DNA of 58,907 nucleotides, filler included, from Sluysia triapertura (taxonomy: Eukaryota), in NCBI GenBank assembly GCA_046118255.1. It is 4 parts of 4 records of this genome, joined end to end, with 100 filler letters (N's around TTAATTAATTAA, not from the genome) between each part and the next. Parts side by side here need not be neighbours in the genome. Positions count along the whole stretch, not along the records: positions 1 to 10,790 come from JBJNIA010193416.1; positions 10,891 to 33,815 come from JBJNIA010211809.1; 2 more parts are not named here. One strand, 5' to 3'. Under the pieces are notes generated by a model, which had not been told where the DNA came from, made no database searches, and saw only the letters and a list, made by a program, of their open reading frames with translations. The position numbers and the translations under genes were made by a program. Shown here one piece after another: positions 1 to 12,490 of this stretch (the stretch's first letter is position 1; each line of letters starts with the position of its first letter).

Positions 1-804
1 TGTTTATTTTATTTATGAAGTTTTTTTATAGTGGCGTTATGATTTTTTATTAAGTTGGGGGCGCCAAAAATAAATATGTTGAAATGGGGGCGCAACTAAA
101 AAAGTTTGGTATATATTTAATGACATATGTAAAGGAAATTAATGTGACTTTTTGTTCTCAATAAAAAATCTATTATAAGTCTTGTAGATAAATTAAGTTT
201 ATATAAATTCATAATTTTCAAATAAGAAAATCTGCAGGAATTTTTTTACACTATTCTTATTTTTAGTTAACCGTTTGAATGAGGGAGTATTTTCTTGTGC
301 GTATGCTAAAAATCCGGGATGAAATGCGTAGTATTTTTTTTGGGGGGAACAATGAAAATGGTTATAATTAACACTAATTGTTATGTAACAAGTAATTTTG
401 ATCAAAAAAATAATTTTTATTTTCATTTATTGCAAACATGTTTTGCTGCACAAATTCCATGAACTCCTCTTTTTTATCAACAGCAGCATCTTCGCATTAT
501 CGATACAAGGCAAGAAAAGCGCTATCACGCTGCGCCGTATTTTTGGCATACGACAAGTGAAGCGCGGTTAAATAACTTTTCATTTAAATAATTGAAACAT
601 ACCTAATCAGTAAAATACGCATAATCTATAAAATTATTATAGAAAGAAATTTATATACAACAAAGCTCTGACTATAATAAGCACACTTAATTAATATTTT
701 AAACTAACTGTATTATGGAAAGTCTATAGTATTAAAAAGTGATGCTTACTGGTTATAATAAACCTATATTATAAAAAGAAAAATTTACATATAAACCTCT
801 ATAA

Positions 805-1133
805 CAAGGGTGGCCAAACTGCGTCTCTTTGAAGGATTATTTGTGGCTTTCGATGAACGTACCCAAGTTCCCTTTTCATTTTTGTGTTACTATATTTTAA
901 AAAAATATTATCGTTCCGTATGTGTTTCAAAATGGTTTTTAAATTACTGACAAATATGAAAGACTAAGTGCAACACGTTGTAACAAATTTCATTTCCGTC
1001 CAAGTTAAGAATGACATGACTCATGGGAAAAATTTTTTTAATACCTTTTTTGCGTACGTATTTAATTGCGGATCACGAAAAATTTCAAATTTTGAAAAAT
1101 GGATCGGACTATCAAGGTGCTTGGCCATCCCTA
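805..1133. mobile_element. hAT (Charlie-like) non-autonomous element
   Basis: Left end CAAGGGTGGCCAAAC; reverse complement of right end TAGGGATGGCCAAGC (11/15 match), resembling CAGGGGTGGCCAAAC hAT TIRs. No 8-bp TSD preserved. Confidence 0.55.
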
Positions 1134-1690
1134 AGGTAAGTTTAAATATCTATAAGGAAATTTATTGGCTAACAAATGTAATAAATAAAGGCAACACAAA
1201 TTATAGGCAACAGGAGAAAAGAAAAGGAAAATCTGAGTTCTTGACGTCACTCATGGAAACACATGTCCAAGGTTAATTAGAAGATTATCGACGCATTTGA
1301 AATAAGTTAAAGATTGATCTTGGAGCATATTTTAATTTGTATTTATTTATTCAATAAACGTAGGCATTGACATGTTGTAAAATTTTAGTTATTTGTTGCG
1401 AAGAATCAATTAAATTGAATTTGAAAGCTCTTTGAAAGATGTTACTAAAATTATAAAAATGGAAATATTTATTATTCGATAAATTTTATGTATCAATAAA
1501 TATTTATAAAGGTTCTGTATAAGTTCTATATGCAGACATTCTTCCGTTACTAAGACTCATTAATTTAAATTAATAATTATCTTTTAATAAATCTAAGATT
1601 AATTTTGATAATAATTAAAGCATAGAATAAAATTTTCTAAAGTTGAAATTTTGAAAATAGAATATGAAATAGACAAAAAACATGAAAACC

Positions 1691-2121
1691 GATCTACATT
1701 TACTAATGAATAACATGTTTTATGTTTAAAACTACTAATTACAAATCATTCAAAAACGATCATATCGTCGTCCTCTGGAATGCTTTGCAAGTCACACTGG
1801 ATTACAAAGTTTCATTATAGCTAACTGAATTGCTAATAAAATCTTACTTGGAGGATTGCCTGAAAGTGAATCATATAATAAAAATCTTGTTATAGTCAGT
1901 TACAGTCAGAATGCCTTGACAATGAAAGTATCTCAGAATGTATTGTAATTTCAAGCTAATTATGCTTTAAATACAGAAGTATGTGCTAAAGAATGCATTG
2001 AATGCCGTCTCAAGTCATTAATTGACTTTATTAGATATTCTAATCGGTTATGAGCCAGAGCTTGTCTTAAATGAAAATCATACTGAAACATCACGCTAGG
2101 TCTTATTTCGTGTAAACACGG
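1691..2121. mobile_element. Truncated copy of the pogo/Tc2-like MITE at 24465-25042
   Basis: Shares long blocks with 24612-25042 (GATCTACATTTACTAATGAATA, TGAAAGTGAATCAT, TGCTAAAGAATGCATTGAA) and ends in the right TIR ...AAACACGG followed by TA. Confidence 0.8.
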
Positions 2122-2678
2122 TAGTTAATCTTTTTCCAATGTTTTTATACTACACACTTTCTTATTCACAATTTATAGCCAAAAACTCTCCAATTTAGCA
2201 CGATTAACTTCCATCTAATCAGTAATTTACTTTCTAACCAATCCAATTCCAGAATACCTTATATGCATTGGATTATATTATGATTATCTAGCCAGTTTCT
2301 GTGATATTCAATTAATTACACTACATATATTTTCACCATATTTTATTTTTCATACTATAATTATATACTTTCTTTATTTATATCCGCCTTTCTAGTTAGT
2401 ATGCATTTTTCATGGATTTTCCCTGGTCTTTCATCCGTAATTAATAGATTTTTTACCCTTTTCCTCACGATTGTTTGCCAGTTTCTGTTTTTACCTTGTT
2501 ATTTAAAAGTGTTTCTGAATACTTTTTAAAGTGAATGCTAGTAGATATTATTGATTTTTTTCGGTATTGTAAAGTAAATGCAGCACTCTTTAAAATGTTT
2601 TCACAAAATTATTAAAAGGCTTGAACACTAACTTGAATATAAATCAATACATTATTAAATTTTAGAAAAATAACCAAC

Positions 2679-5600
2679 AGATTCTTGTAAAGCTGCTAAT
2701 CCACTGAGAATTAGACCATGTCTCATTTCAACAGAATTTCCATAAAATCGTTCCATAACTAAACGTTCAACATATCTGGTATGACCTGTATAATAAAAAA
2801 TTTATATTTCTTATAAAAATACATATTTTAAAAGCGAAATGTACCCAAAAAAGCAGTTAGTCGTGTTTGAGACATTTCAAAATATTTTATTGTTTAAAAG
2901 ATGACTTAATATTCGAAGTTGTAAATGAGTGAAAAAAAATATTTGACATAATAAATGCATTTTTAACAATATTTAATTTTGATTATTTATATTTGAAGCA
3001 TGGTAGTACTGGTCAAATAGGTTTTAGAAACTACTGCCACGCTGGTTTTAGTTGAATATACATTATTATTATTAAATAACATTTGTTCATTCGATTCCGT
3101 ACATTGAAATTAAATTTCATTTTCATAAAAATAATCTACTCACAAGTATAAACTATCTAAGTTTAGAGAAAAGCCATTTAAATGGCAAAAGTGCATACTT
3201 TGATGAATAAAATGCCATCATTGACAACCTGATATATGGAGGGAAAGAATAATTATGAAAAAGATCCAAAACAGTGAAAATCAAGAATTTATTGGCTTTA
3301 AAATTGAACATGAAAAGTATTATAAGGTTAAGAATTTACTACGAAATCACAACAAAAAATTAATTTTATATTATAAAAGATTGGCTATATCAAAAATGGT
3401 TTTAATATAACAATTTTATTTCAAAAGTTATTTCATTATTGCAACTCAATTTTTATTTTTAATCGTTGACTTCATTATTTAAAGTGTCACAAAACTAAAA
3501 TCAAATGATTTTCACACTTTAATATAGTCTTTATCTGTAAAGTCATTATTCGAACTCGTCTCTGATAATTAGAAATGGAAATACGTTTTTTTTTAAATTT
3601 TTTTTGCAAACTTTAAAAGAAATAAAAAAATAAAAATAAAAAGTATGAAATAAAATCTTATAGATTTTTAATTTAGTAATTTAGGCAGAATTTTATAATA
3701 TCTCGTAATATTTTTCAGTTGTTCCACAATCAAATGTTATCGAATAAATTCAAAATCGAATCAAATACTTAAACATGGATCCCACTCTTAACTAGCCAAT
3801 ATATGTATTTATAGCGAATGTAAATTTACTGCAGCACATATAACTATGACATAAAAAGTCACAAAGAAAGCCAGAACTATATTGTAGAATGTGATTAACT
3901 ATGATATGGAGAAAATTGGCAATATGTAGAATAAGATTTTGCAGAAAAAGTGTATTTTAATATAAAGCAAAATAATTATAGAGAAAAACTGATTAAAAAG
4001 AAATTATTTTAGAATATCATTAAATAAATTTTCACTGATTATATGACGACTTTTGGAGATCCGATTTATAGAAAAACCTAAACTTGGAGTTGATAAGTAC
4101 AATATCCTAAAGTTATACAATCACATTAAATAAAATAAAATAAATTGTCTCTTCTTAAAAGCAAAAAGCATTACGTGTAATTTAAGAATTATGAACATGT
4201 TGAATAATCTTAGTTGGTTAGAATCTTGGTTTTATTTTGAGACTTTGAAAGAGCACTTCCACCTCTTACATCAGATACAAGTTAGATCTACGAATTGTCA
4301 GTTAGAGAGTATTTATACTGAACTTTTATAATCTGCAGATATTAAACAGTTTGAGTAATTAAATGTTATTGATGATAGAATTAAATCCGAATACTTTTAA
4401 GAGAATTAAAATCAGAAGTTTTGTTTGTTTAAAGTTTACACATCATGGATCGAATTTAAACTTAGAGTCACAGAGAAAAGTTTTTCGTTTTAAGTAATTA
4501 TTATTCCATACTGTAATAAATTCACAATTAATTTTGATTTAGAGCCAATTTTATTCCACAATAAAATATAAATTTCAATCCTACTCCATATCTTTTCCAA
4601 AAATAGTCAATTTTATAAAATATAATAATTCTGGCCAAGTTATAATTGACATCTACCTTATTTTTATATTATAGGTGCATTTACATCTGCTTTATTCTCA
4701 ATTTACATTTTTGTACTTCTACGGTGTTCATGTTTAGTCTATAACTCCTTTCCTGACTAATTAATAGCGATAAAAATTAAAGTATTTTCTTTATAGCTGC
4801 ATTAAAAATTTTTTCTTAAAAACTTCAAACAAAAAATAAAAAAATAATTATTTTTTCGAACCAACATTCTTAGTGCATTCAAAGGTGTACTATTCGGTAT
4901 TCATTTAGTCAGTGTAACGTTTTGAATAGAATGTGTTTACAAGAATTATTATATTTTATTTGGTAAATTTGCATGTTTCTACAAAATCGATATTACAGGG
5001 TTCTGTTATTTTTTTGTGAAAAGTAAACATTGTTTACTAAAAATAGTTTATTATGTGTTTCAATGTTTAATCAATAAAAATGTAGATTTATGATTTATTA
5101 AGAGCTTCTCAAAAATCGACATGAAATGATCATCTAAATTGTTTATGCCTTATCGTTTTAATTTTTGTCCAGTATGAACAAAATTTGATTTCGGCATTCT
5201 TTCTTAGGTGCTGAATAGAAGTGAATAATTATTTATTGTTGCAAAATAGCCTAGATAAGAATATAGGAATAATCAATTGAATTACATATGTAAAAGATCA
5301 AACAAATAATCTTTCAAACATAGGAATTTGATCAAATGAAGATAATGAAAGTGTTAGTGAAAAGATTAAATATTGATACTATGATACAGTTTGTTTAGTA
5401 AAATAATATTATTCTTATAGTCTTGTATATAATTATACCTTCATTAAGCCAAAAATCCGCCCAAGTACGATTAGTAACAAGATTACCAGTCCAATAATGA
5501 GCTAATTCATGTGCTACTGTGGTTACTAAACTTTTATCACCAACTATTAGAGTAGGTGTTAGAAAAGTGAGACAGGGATTCTCCATTCCTCCATATGGAA

Positions 5601-5761
5601 AACTAGGCGGTAGAATCAACAAGTCAGCTCGTTTCCATACAAATTCGCAACCACAAACAGTTTCCACTAAAGACAACAATGTATCCACATCTTCAAATTC
5701 TGCAGCGGCATCAGAGACCATTTCCGGTTCGGACCAAATTGTACATCTGGGACTGATAGGT
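2679..5761 (-). CDS. LTA4H: Leukotriene A4 hydrolase / M1 aminopeptidase, two internal exons (partial gene)
   Basis: Exon 5761-5439 (AG at 5763-62, GT at 5438-37) encodes LILPPSFPYGGMENPCLTF...VAHELAHYWTGNLVTNRTWADFWLNEG: GXMEN, HEXXH and the downstream Glu zinc ligand. It splices in frame (G|GT) to exon 2785-~2679, GHTRYVERLVMERFYGNSVEMRHGLILSGLAALQES, matching the LTA4H segment after WLNEG. The 3' donor could alternatively follow 2675. No other exons found. Confidence 0.93.
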
Positions 5762-6234
5762 CTGTTCATAAGATATAATAATTAACAAACTTCCGATGCG
5801 ATTTTTCAACAATAAATTCGAGAAAAACCGAACTTGTATTGTATAATGTTAAACAAGTTATTTCGAAATATAATTTAATATCATGTTACAATACGTAATT
5901 AATGATTAATATATTACACTGTTATAATTTAAAATAAATCTTAATAAAATGAAACTAAAATATCTTAGTAATCGCAGTAGCTTCAAAAAAACAAGTTAAA
6001 AACACCGAAACCAAAAAACGCACTAATATAAAATGTAAGCAATAGAAAACAAAAATAGATGCACGGATGCTTACTATTACATTATCGATTACCAGTGGTC
6101 TCACTATTACAAATTAATCACGAACTGATTATCAATACTAATACAATAAAGTATTATAACTAAATTATAAGTTAAAATAATTGAAATTTAATTATCGATC
6201 TGTTTATTAATGTTATAATTATTACATTTTAATG

Positions 6235-6752
6235 TAGATTTATATTTATTGTACTCAATTTCAGATAGAAAAGTGAAAAAATTACAATTAATAATTAATC
6301 AAGCAGCAAGACTAATTTTCCAAGTTGGAAGAAGATCTCATGTAACACCTTATCTTAAAGAATTGCATTGGTTGCCAATAAAAGCAAGAATAGAATTTAA
6401 AATCATGACAACAATTTACAAATGCTTACATTAAGGAAGTCCTGGATATCTTTTAGAACTAATAAGAAAATTGGAAAGTAAGATGAATATTTTATTGAGG
6501 CATAATAATCTATACAGAATCCACAGTGATAACAAGCTAGGTGATAGGTGTGTACCGTTTATGTCTCTAAAATATACAATCAGTTACCAGATAATGTCAA
6601 ATTACTGGAAGATTATGAAATATTTAAGAAAAAGGCAAAGTTCTTTCTGTTTTCGAAATATTATGGTGAATTATTTACCTTAAGAGTTTTTGATTTCTTA
6701 CGCAATAGATATGAGCGCACTACAAATTAATACATTATTATTATTATTATTA
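6235..6752 (+). mobile_element. L2/CR1-clade LINE, 5'-truncated 3' end
   Basis: Encodes KLQLIINQAARLIF...HVTPYLKELHWLPIKARIEFKI...YKCL, the typical L2-clade ORF2 C-terminus, and ends in an (ATT)n tail. Four more copies in the window. Confidence 0.88.
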
Positions 6753-9700
6753 ATGGTACAGTAATTACAAATACTGAAATAATTAACAATGCATTTGAAT
6801 TTGAACGTTAACAGGAGAAAAATAAACCAAGACATAAACGTCAAATTTATGAATACACTTTTATTCAAATTTTACCTCAAGCATTTTAAAACTAGAATAC
6901 ATCTCATATATAATTAAAATTTTTTTCAGTACTAAATAATTAAAAGTATTTAAAAAAAATTAAATGTATTTTTGGAGTAATAAACCGAGTTGAAATATGT
7001 TATAAGTTGATATCCAAATGTAGGAAATATTAAATAGATTACTTAAACATAACATGATAATAGTATTGACAATAAAATACTAATAGTACTGAAATCATAA
7101 ACAATTCAATAATACCACACATAAGCAAAAGTGAATAATGATCATATAAATATAGTAATTCTTTATCTGTATAAAACATAAATAACAAATAATAAATTAG
7201 TATGAAAATCAAAAATAATAAATAAATAAATTGCTGCTCATAGATCAATATAAAAGATTGGATTCATATATTTTTAAAATATCCGTATCACAAAGTTCTA
7301 AAAAATATACTCCGTTATTAAATATTACATAACCATTGCCTGCTGAATTCATTTTAATAATATATTTCAATTTGTTAATTGTACAATTTGTTCACTGTAC
7401 AAGTATTGTTGAAAAATGAACAAGATTCACTGTCTCTAGAATTAAGAAGCAGTTTATTTCGAGCTTTCACACTCTCACACTTCCATGTTTCAATATCTCC
7501 AATGACAATAAGGTTTCTACTAACACTCAATGAAAACAAACAAATGAGTGACAACAATAATAGTTCGGTTTGCGCTTTAAAATTTTGTTTACAGTTTTTC
7601 TTGATCTTTGCGAAATATCATTTTCTTCAAGGGAAAACTTTCTTCTGCTAATTTTTTCTTTTCCTATACCGTTTGCATTTTCAGTGTTCTCATTCGTACT
7701 TTTAAATAAGTTATTTCTGATGTACGTTTTTCATTAGATTTAGAAACCTTATAAGGATGTACTTTTGAATATTTCAAAGTAATAATCCATGTTATTTCAA
7801 ATCTATCGTCACATTTAACATCCGAAAATTTAGAAGTTTTCGATTCAACAAATTTGTATCCACAATCAGTACTGTGAGAAAATTAACGTTAGAATAAAAA
7901 ACTAATTTAAAGCTGTGAGTTCACCAACGTACTGGACTTACCAGCGAGGGCCAGCCGTTGGATTTTTTACGTAAAGAAAAGGTGCTTTAATAAAATTTCG
8001 AAACTTCAATCGACTTCCTAACTAAAAAACCTGGAGGTAACTTAATATTATTTTAACCTATCGTATTAACTTAAAAGTGGTTTTGCATGAATCCTATAAT
8101 AAGGATTCTTTGTCTTTTAATCAAGAATTATTTTATTTATTCAGTTATATTATGACTCAACACGTTTCTTTCGGAAAATTTATTGTACAAAAAAAGAGAA
8201 TATAATAAAATAATAATAATACATATTTTTCTCGAATTACCAATGTAATTCAAATATTAATACAATTTTTCTTAAAAGATCTCTGATAAGATCATAAACG
8301 TTAAGGTAGACTAATAAATTTAGTTAGATTTTACAATGATATTAAATAATATCGACCTTAACAAAAATAATCTAACGTGTGCAGTTGACAGATAAAAATT
8401 GTTTGTTCAATAGATTATGGAAATCGCCAAGAATCGATCAAAATTTATGTTAGCCAAATCCTGTTTCGAGATTTTTATTGTTGAGAAATACCAAAATCGA
8501 TCTGCCAAATTTTACTGTTGTGTGTGTATTTTGTGAAAATTGTAATTCTTTTTATACTTTTTTATCTTTCAACCTTAACATTAAACAAAGTTTTTTCTAA
8601 TTAAAAATTAATTTTCAATAAAGTTTAAAATTAAAATATTAATCAAATGATATTAAAATATTAATTACTTTAAAAATATATAACTTACCATTATAATTTA
8701 TAAATTTCCAAATTAAAATTAGTTACATTATTAACCATAAAATACAAAAATCAATTCATTCATATTATAATTTTCATTGTTAATCATATTTATAGAAATA
8801 ATCAATAAATTGTTATAATCAGTAGTCAGAGAATACATTATTAATCATATAATCATAAAAATCATAACGTAATGTATAATATATTATTTAGTGTGAAATA
8901 AAAGCCTCAGAAAGTGGGACAAATATAAAAAGTAATCACACCAGATTAATCAAGACAGAGTAAGACAATAACGAGAGTTTCAATTTCAAAGAATAGATCA
9001 TCATAAGCAATTTTATCTCGAATAGCTGAGACGAGTATACGACTAATAATTTTGATATTAGTGTATATTTGATACATATTGAGATTATATACAAAAGAAC
9101 TCACATCAAGAATAGATTACCATTCTATTAAATATTTAAACTACGATCCCATTTATACCATTAACATTTAATTCTTACACTACAGTAAAATATAACATGG
9201 CAGAATAATTAAGGGAGCTATATAAAATTTGATAAGAATGAATTATACATTAGATGCCATCTGTAAAATAATAAGACTAAATGTATGGCAGTAATGAATA
9301 TATTGTGTCTTTAGCAAATTAATTTATTTTTAGCAATTCTAAATTCAAATCTGAAGAATTCAAAATAACACTTAACTTCAATTATGTTTTGCAAGTTGTG
9401 TTACCAAAAAATCAAAAATTAAAACTTAAAGTATATTGATAAACAATGTTTAAAAAATTACGCAAGACAAAATTATACGTGAATATAATATAAATAATTA
9501 TTTTTATAATTATTTTATAACAATTATAAAAATTTAGTGGATTTGATTTTAAATTTAATTTAACTTAGCCTTATTACTGTCTAAGTACAAAAATAATTTT
9601 ATTTTACGTGTATTTTAAATTCTGCCAGTTACGGTGAGAATTACAAACTTAATAAAAATAGTTTTACGTTCATGTATTTGAATAATTTGAATAATTCGAA

Positions 9701-10404
9701 TGAAGATTACAAATGTTTGAGTTAATATGGCTGCTAAAAATCCAGTATTTATATATTGAATTTATAACCGCCATATTTGTTTCTTTTCATTAATTCCATT
9801 TGATGTAATTTATAATTTTTAAAATTTTAACTAAATTTTAATTTATTTTAGAATTTAATTTAGTTTTTTTTAATTTAATATATTTATTTTATTTATTATT
9901 TTATTTATTTAATTTTATTAAAAATAATAATTAATTTAATAAATTTAATTTACAAAACATTAATATAATAATTAAGATGTAATTTGAAATATAAAAATAT
10001 ATTAAATGTAAAATGAAAATAAGTGACAATAAGTATAATGAAACTTCGAATAATCAAATAGTCAAAAATTCAGTTCTCACATAAGGTAATTCGTCAATTT
10101 ATTTATTACAATTCGCTCTTTTTATTAATATCTTGGCTTTAGCCGGTTATTTCTATTATAATAAATTCTCGGGTTTTTCTATTTTATCGTTTTATTGGGT
10201 AGTCTTTCAAAATATTATTTACGCTAAATAGATATTAATTTAATTAACTTAAAAAATCAACTGTTTATTTATTCACTATATTAAATATCAATTATCATCA
10301 CTTTTCTTACTTACTAATAAAAATTATTCTTCTTCCTAAAATTAAATGTTTTGAAAAGAAAATCAACTTAAAAGCAACAACAAAATAATTTACTAATTAA
10401 ACAA

Positions 10405-10740
10405 AACATCAATTACAGATTCGTATTATTAAAATTTCTATCAGACGCTACTAAAAATCAGTAAATCTATTACAAATTAATATTATCACAAATTAATATT
10501 AGGCTATACCAAAGTGATTAAATCAATTACAAATTAATGTTATTACAAATTAATATTAGGCACTACTAAAAGTTATTAAGTCACTTACAAATCAATATGA
10601 TTATAAATTATTATTATCACAAATTAATATTACGCTATACAATAAATGATTAAATCGATTACAAATCAACGTTATTACAAATTAATATTAGGCACTACTA
10701 AAAGTATTAAATCAATTACAAATTAATCTTATTACAAATA
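10405..10740. repeat. Minisatellite, ~57-bp units built from 16-nt ATTACAAATTAATATT subunits
   Basis: About 5-6 units alternating between ...GCTATAC... and ...GGCACTACTAAAAGT... variants. Confidence 0.8.
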
Positions 10741-10790
10741 ATTCTAATAAAATATTCTTAATTAAGATTAATATTTAAAAACAAAATAAA

Positions 10791-10890
10791 NNNNNNNNNN
10801 NNNNNNNNNNNNNNNNNNNNNNNNNNNNNNNNNNTTAATTAATTAANNNNNNNNNNNNNNNNNNNNNNNNNNNNNNNNNNNNNNNNNNNN
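10791..10890. other. Artificial contig linker N44-TTAATTAATTAA-N44
   Basis: Exactly 100 nt; the core is a palindrome with stops in all six frames; identical structure at 33816-33915 and 44860-44959. Confidence 0.97.
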
Positions 10891-11249
10891 TCAAAATTTG
10901 ATTTTGTAAGTACAAGTTTTACGTATAATTTAATTTTTAATTTAGTTTGTAATTACTTCAACTGGAACCGAGAAGTGCGACAAGAACTTTGGTGGAGAAG
11001 AAGTGGAGAAGAACGTTCGAACATACTAAAATAAATTTTAAAACTAACATTTTTATCATTAGTGTTTTAAATCTTGAATCTTTGAATGTTTTTTAACAAA
11101 TACAATTTTATCCTTATGTTTTAAAATTATCATTATGCTTTTCAAAAAAAAGAACATTATGTATTCGACTCACTAAAATAATAAAATATAAAATTATCAG
11201 TGAAATTAAGAGGATATATGATCTACGTACAACTTGTAAAGAAAAATTA

Positions 11250-12490
11250 ATGAAATATAATAAAATGTCAGATATAAGTAGACCTGACAATATAAAGATA
11301 AAAATAAAGTACGATACAATAGGCCATCTTTTAAAATTATATGAAAATAACCATAAGGCCGACTTAACCAAACTTCTCAATATTGGCACGCCCTCCAATA
11401 TTAAACACCCCACAAGATACAAAAACTTTCTTAAGAAAAACAGTAACTTATTTATAATATTGATGGTGACAATTATAGTAACTAGTTACTTTAGTTTTTA
11501 CTTTTTACGCTTAATTGATAAATAATTCACAATTTTTTACTCTCAATTGATTTTTCTCAATACAGAAAATTAAAGAGTTAACAATTTATCATGCAATTAA
11601 TGATGCTTAATGTTAAAACGCTATATAATTCTAAGCATTATAAATTCAACCATATTGAAAGTGAAGAAATTAAAGACGGTGGTAACGACATTGAATGTTA
11701 CAAATGTGAAGATGACAGCGATTACCTAAACATTTCATTCATGATAAATTTAACGCTAAATATCACTATAGCAATATCAATGATTACAAAGACCATATTC
11801 TTAAGGTCAAGATTGTTGAACGCTATAAATGTAAAAATGACAGCGATCACGCTAAACATTTTATAGACGATGAATAGAACGCGAAATATCTCTTTAACAA
11901 AATCGATGATTACAAAGACCATGTTCTTAAAGTCAAGACTTTTATATCTACGACAAAATGTTTTATATCCTCGATGATAAAATTAAAGACGATAATTTCA
12001 ATGCTAAGTGTCACTATTACAATTTCAAATACTATAAATACGATAATGAGTATTTTAATAGTTTTAAAGATAGTCGGTACGATTTCAATCACTATGAAAA
12101 TGGTAATGATCATGCCGAGTGTTATAAAGATAACATCAAGGAGAATAAAGATGACAAAATTTCTTAAACATTATATAGAAGATGATCACAATTCAAAACA
12201 ATATCCCGATGAGGATATTTATAAAGTTCAACGTAACAATGCTGATCCACACGAAACGAATCATGTTATACAAGAGAATTATTTAACTGAAGCCACCGCC
12301 TTTTGTCCGTACTTTGTAGATGATGATGCAATTTGATTGAAGAACGGAGTAAGCTGTTGATATACGCATAAACTCCACGAATTCGAAATTAATCAACTAT
12401 TTTAAAGTGTCAATTCTTGGATAGCTGGAAATACTCAAAAAGAGTTACTAACGAAACCTGATAAAGTAATAACTATCTTTTATTTCATTA
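11250..12490 (+). pseudogene. Decayed intronless ORF: Asn/Asp-rich repeats followed by an Unkempt-type CCCH zinc finger (copy 1)
   Basis: 12304-12369 reads C-PYFVDDDAI-*-LKNGVS-C-*YT-H, then KLHEFEI...KVITIFY. Upstream N/D/Y-rich coding sequence is broken by frameshifts. Similar to 18541-19750. Confidence 0.55.

Noticed and set aside
267-571. piggyBac-like element bounded by TTAA|CCG ... CGG|TTAA
   Set aside because: Only the terminal three bases are complementary, and TTAA is very common here.
10405-10740. Regularly spaced repeats (also 32506-32654) as a CRISPR array
   Set aside because: The intervening sequences are themselves repeats rather than unique spacers, there are no cas genes, and the DNA is eukaryotic.
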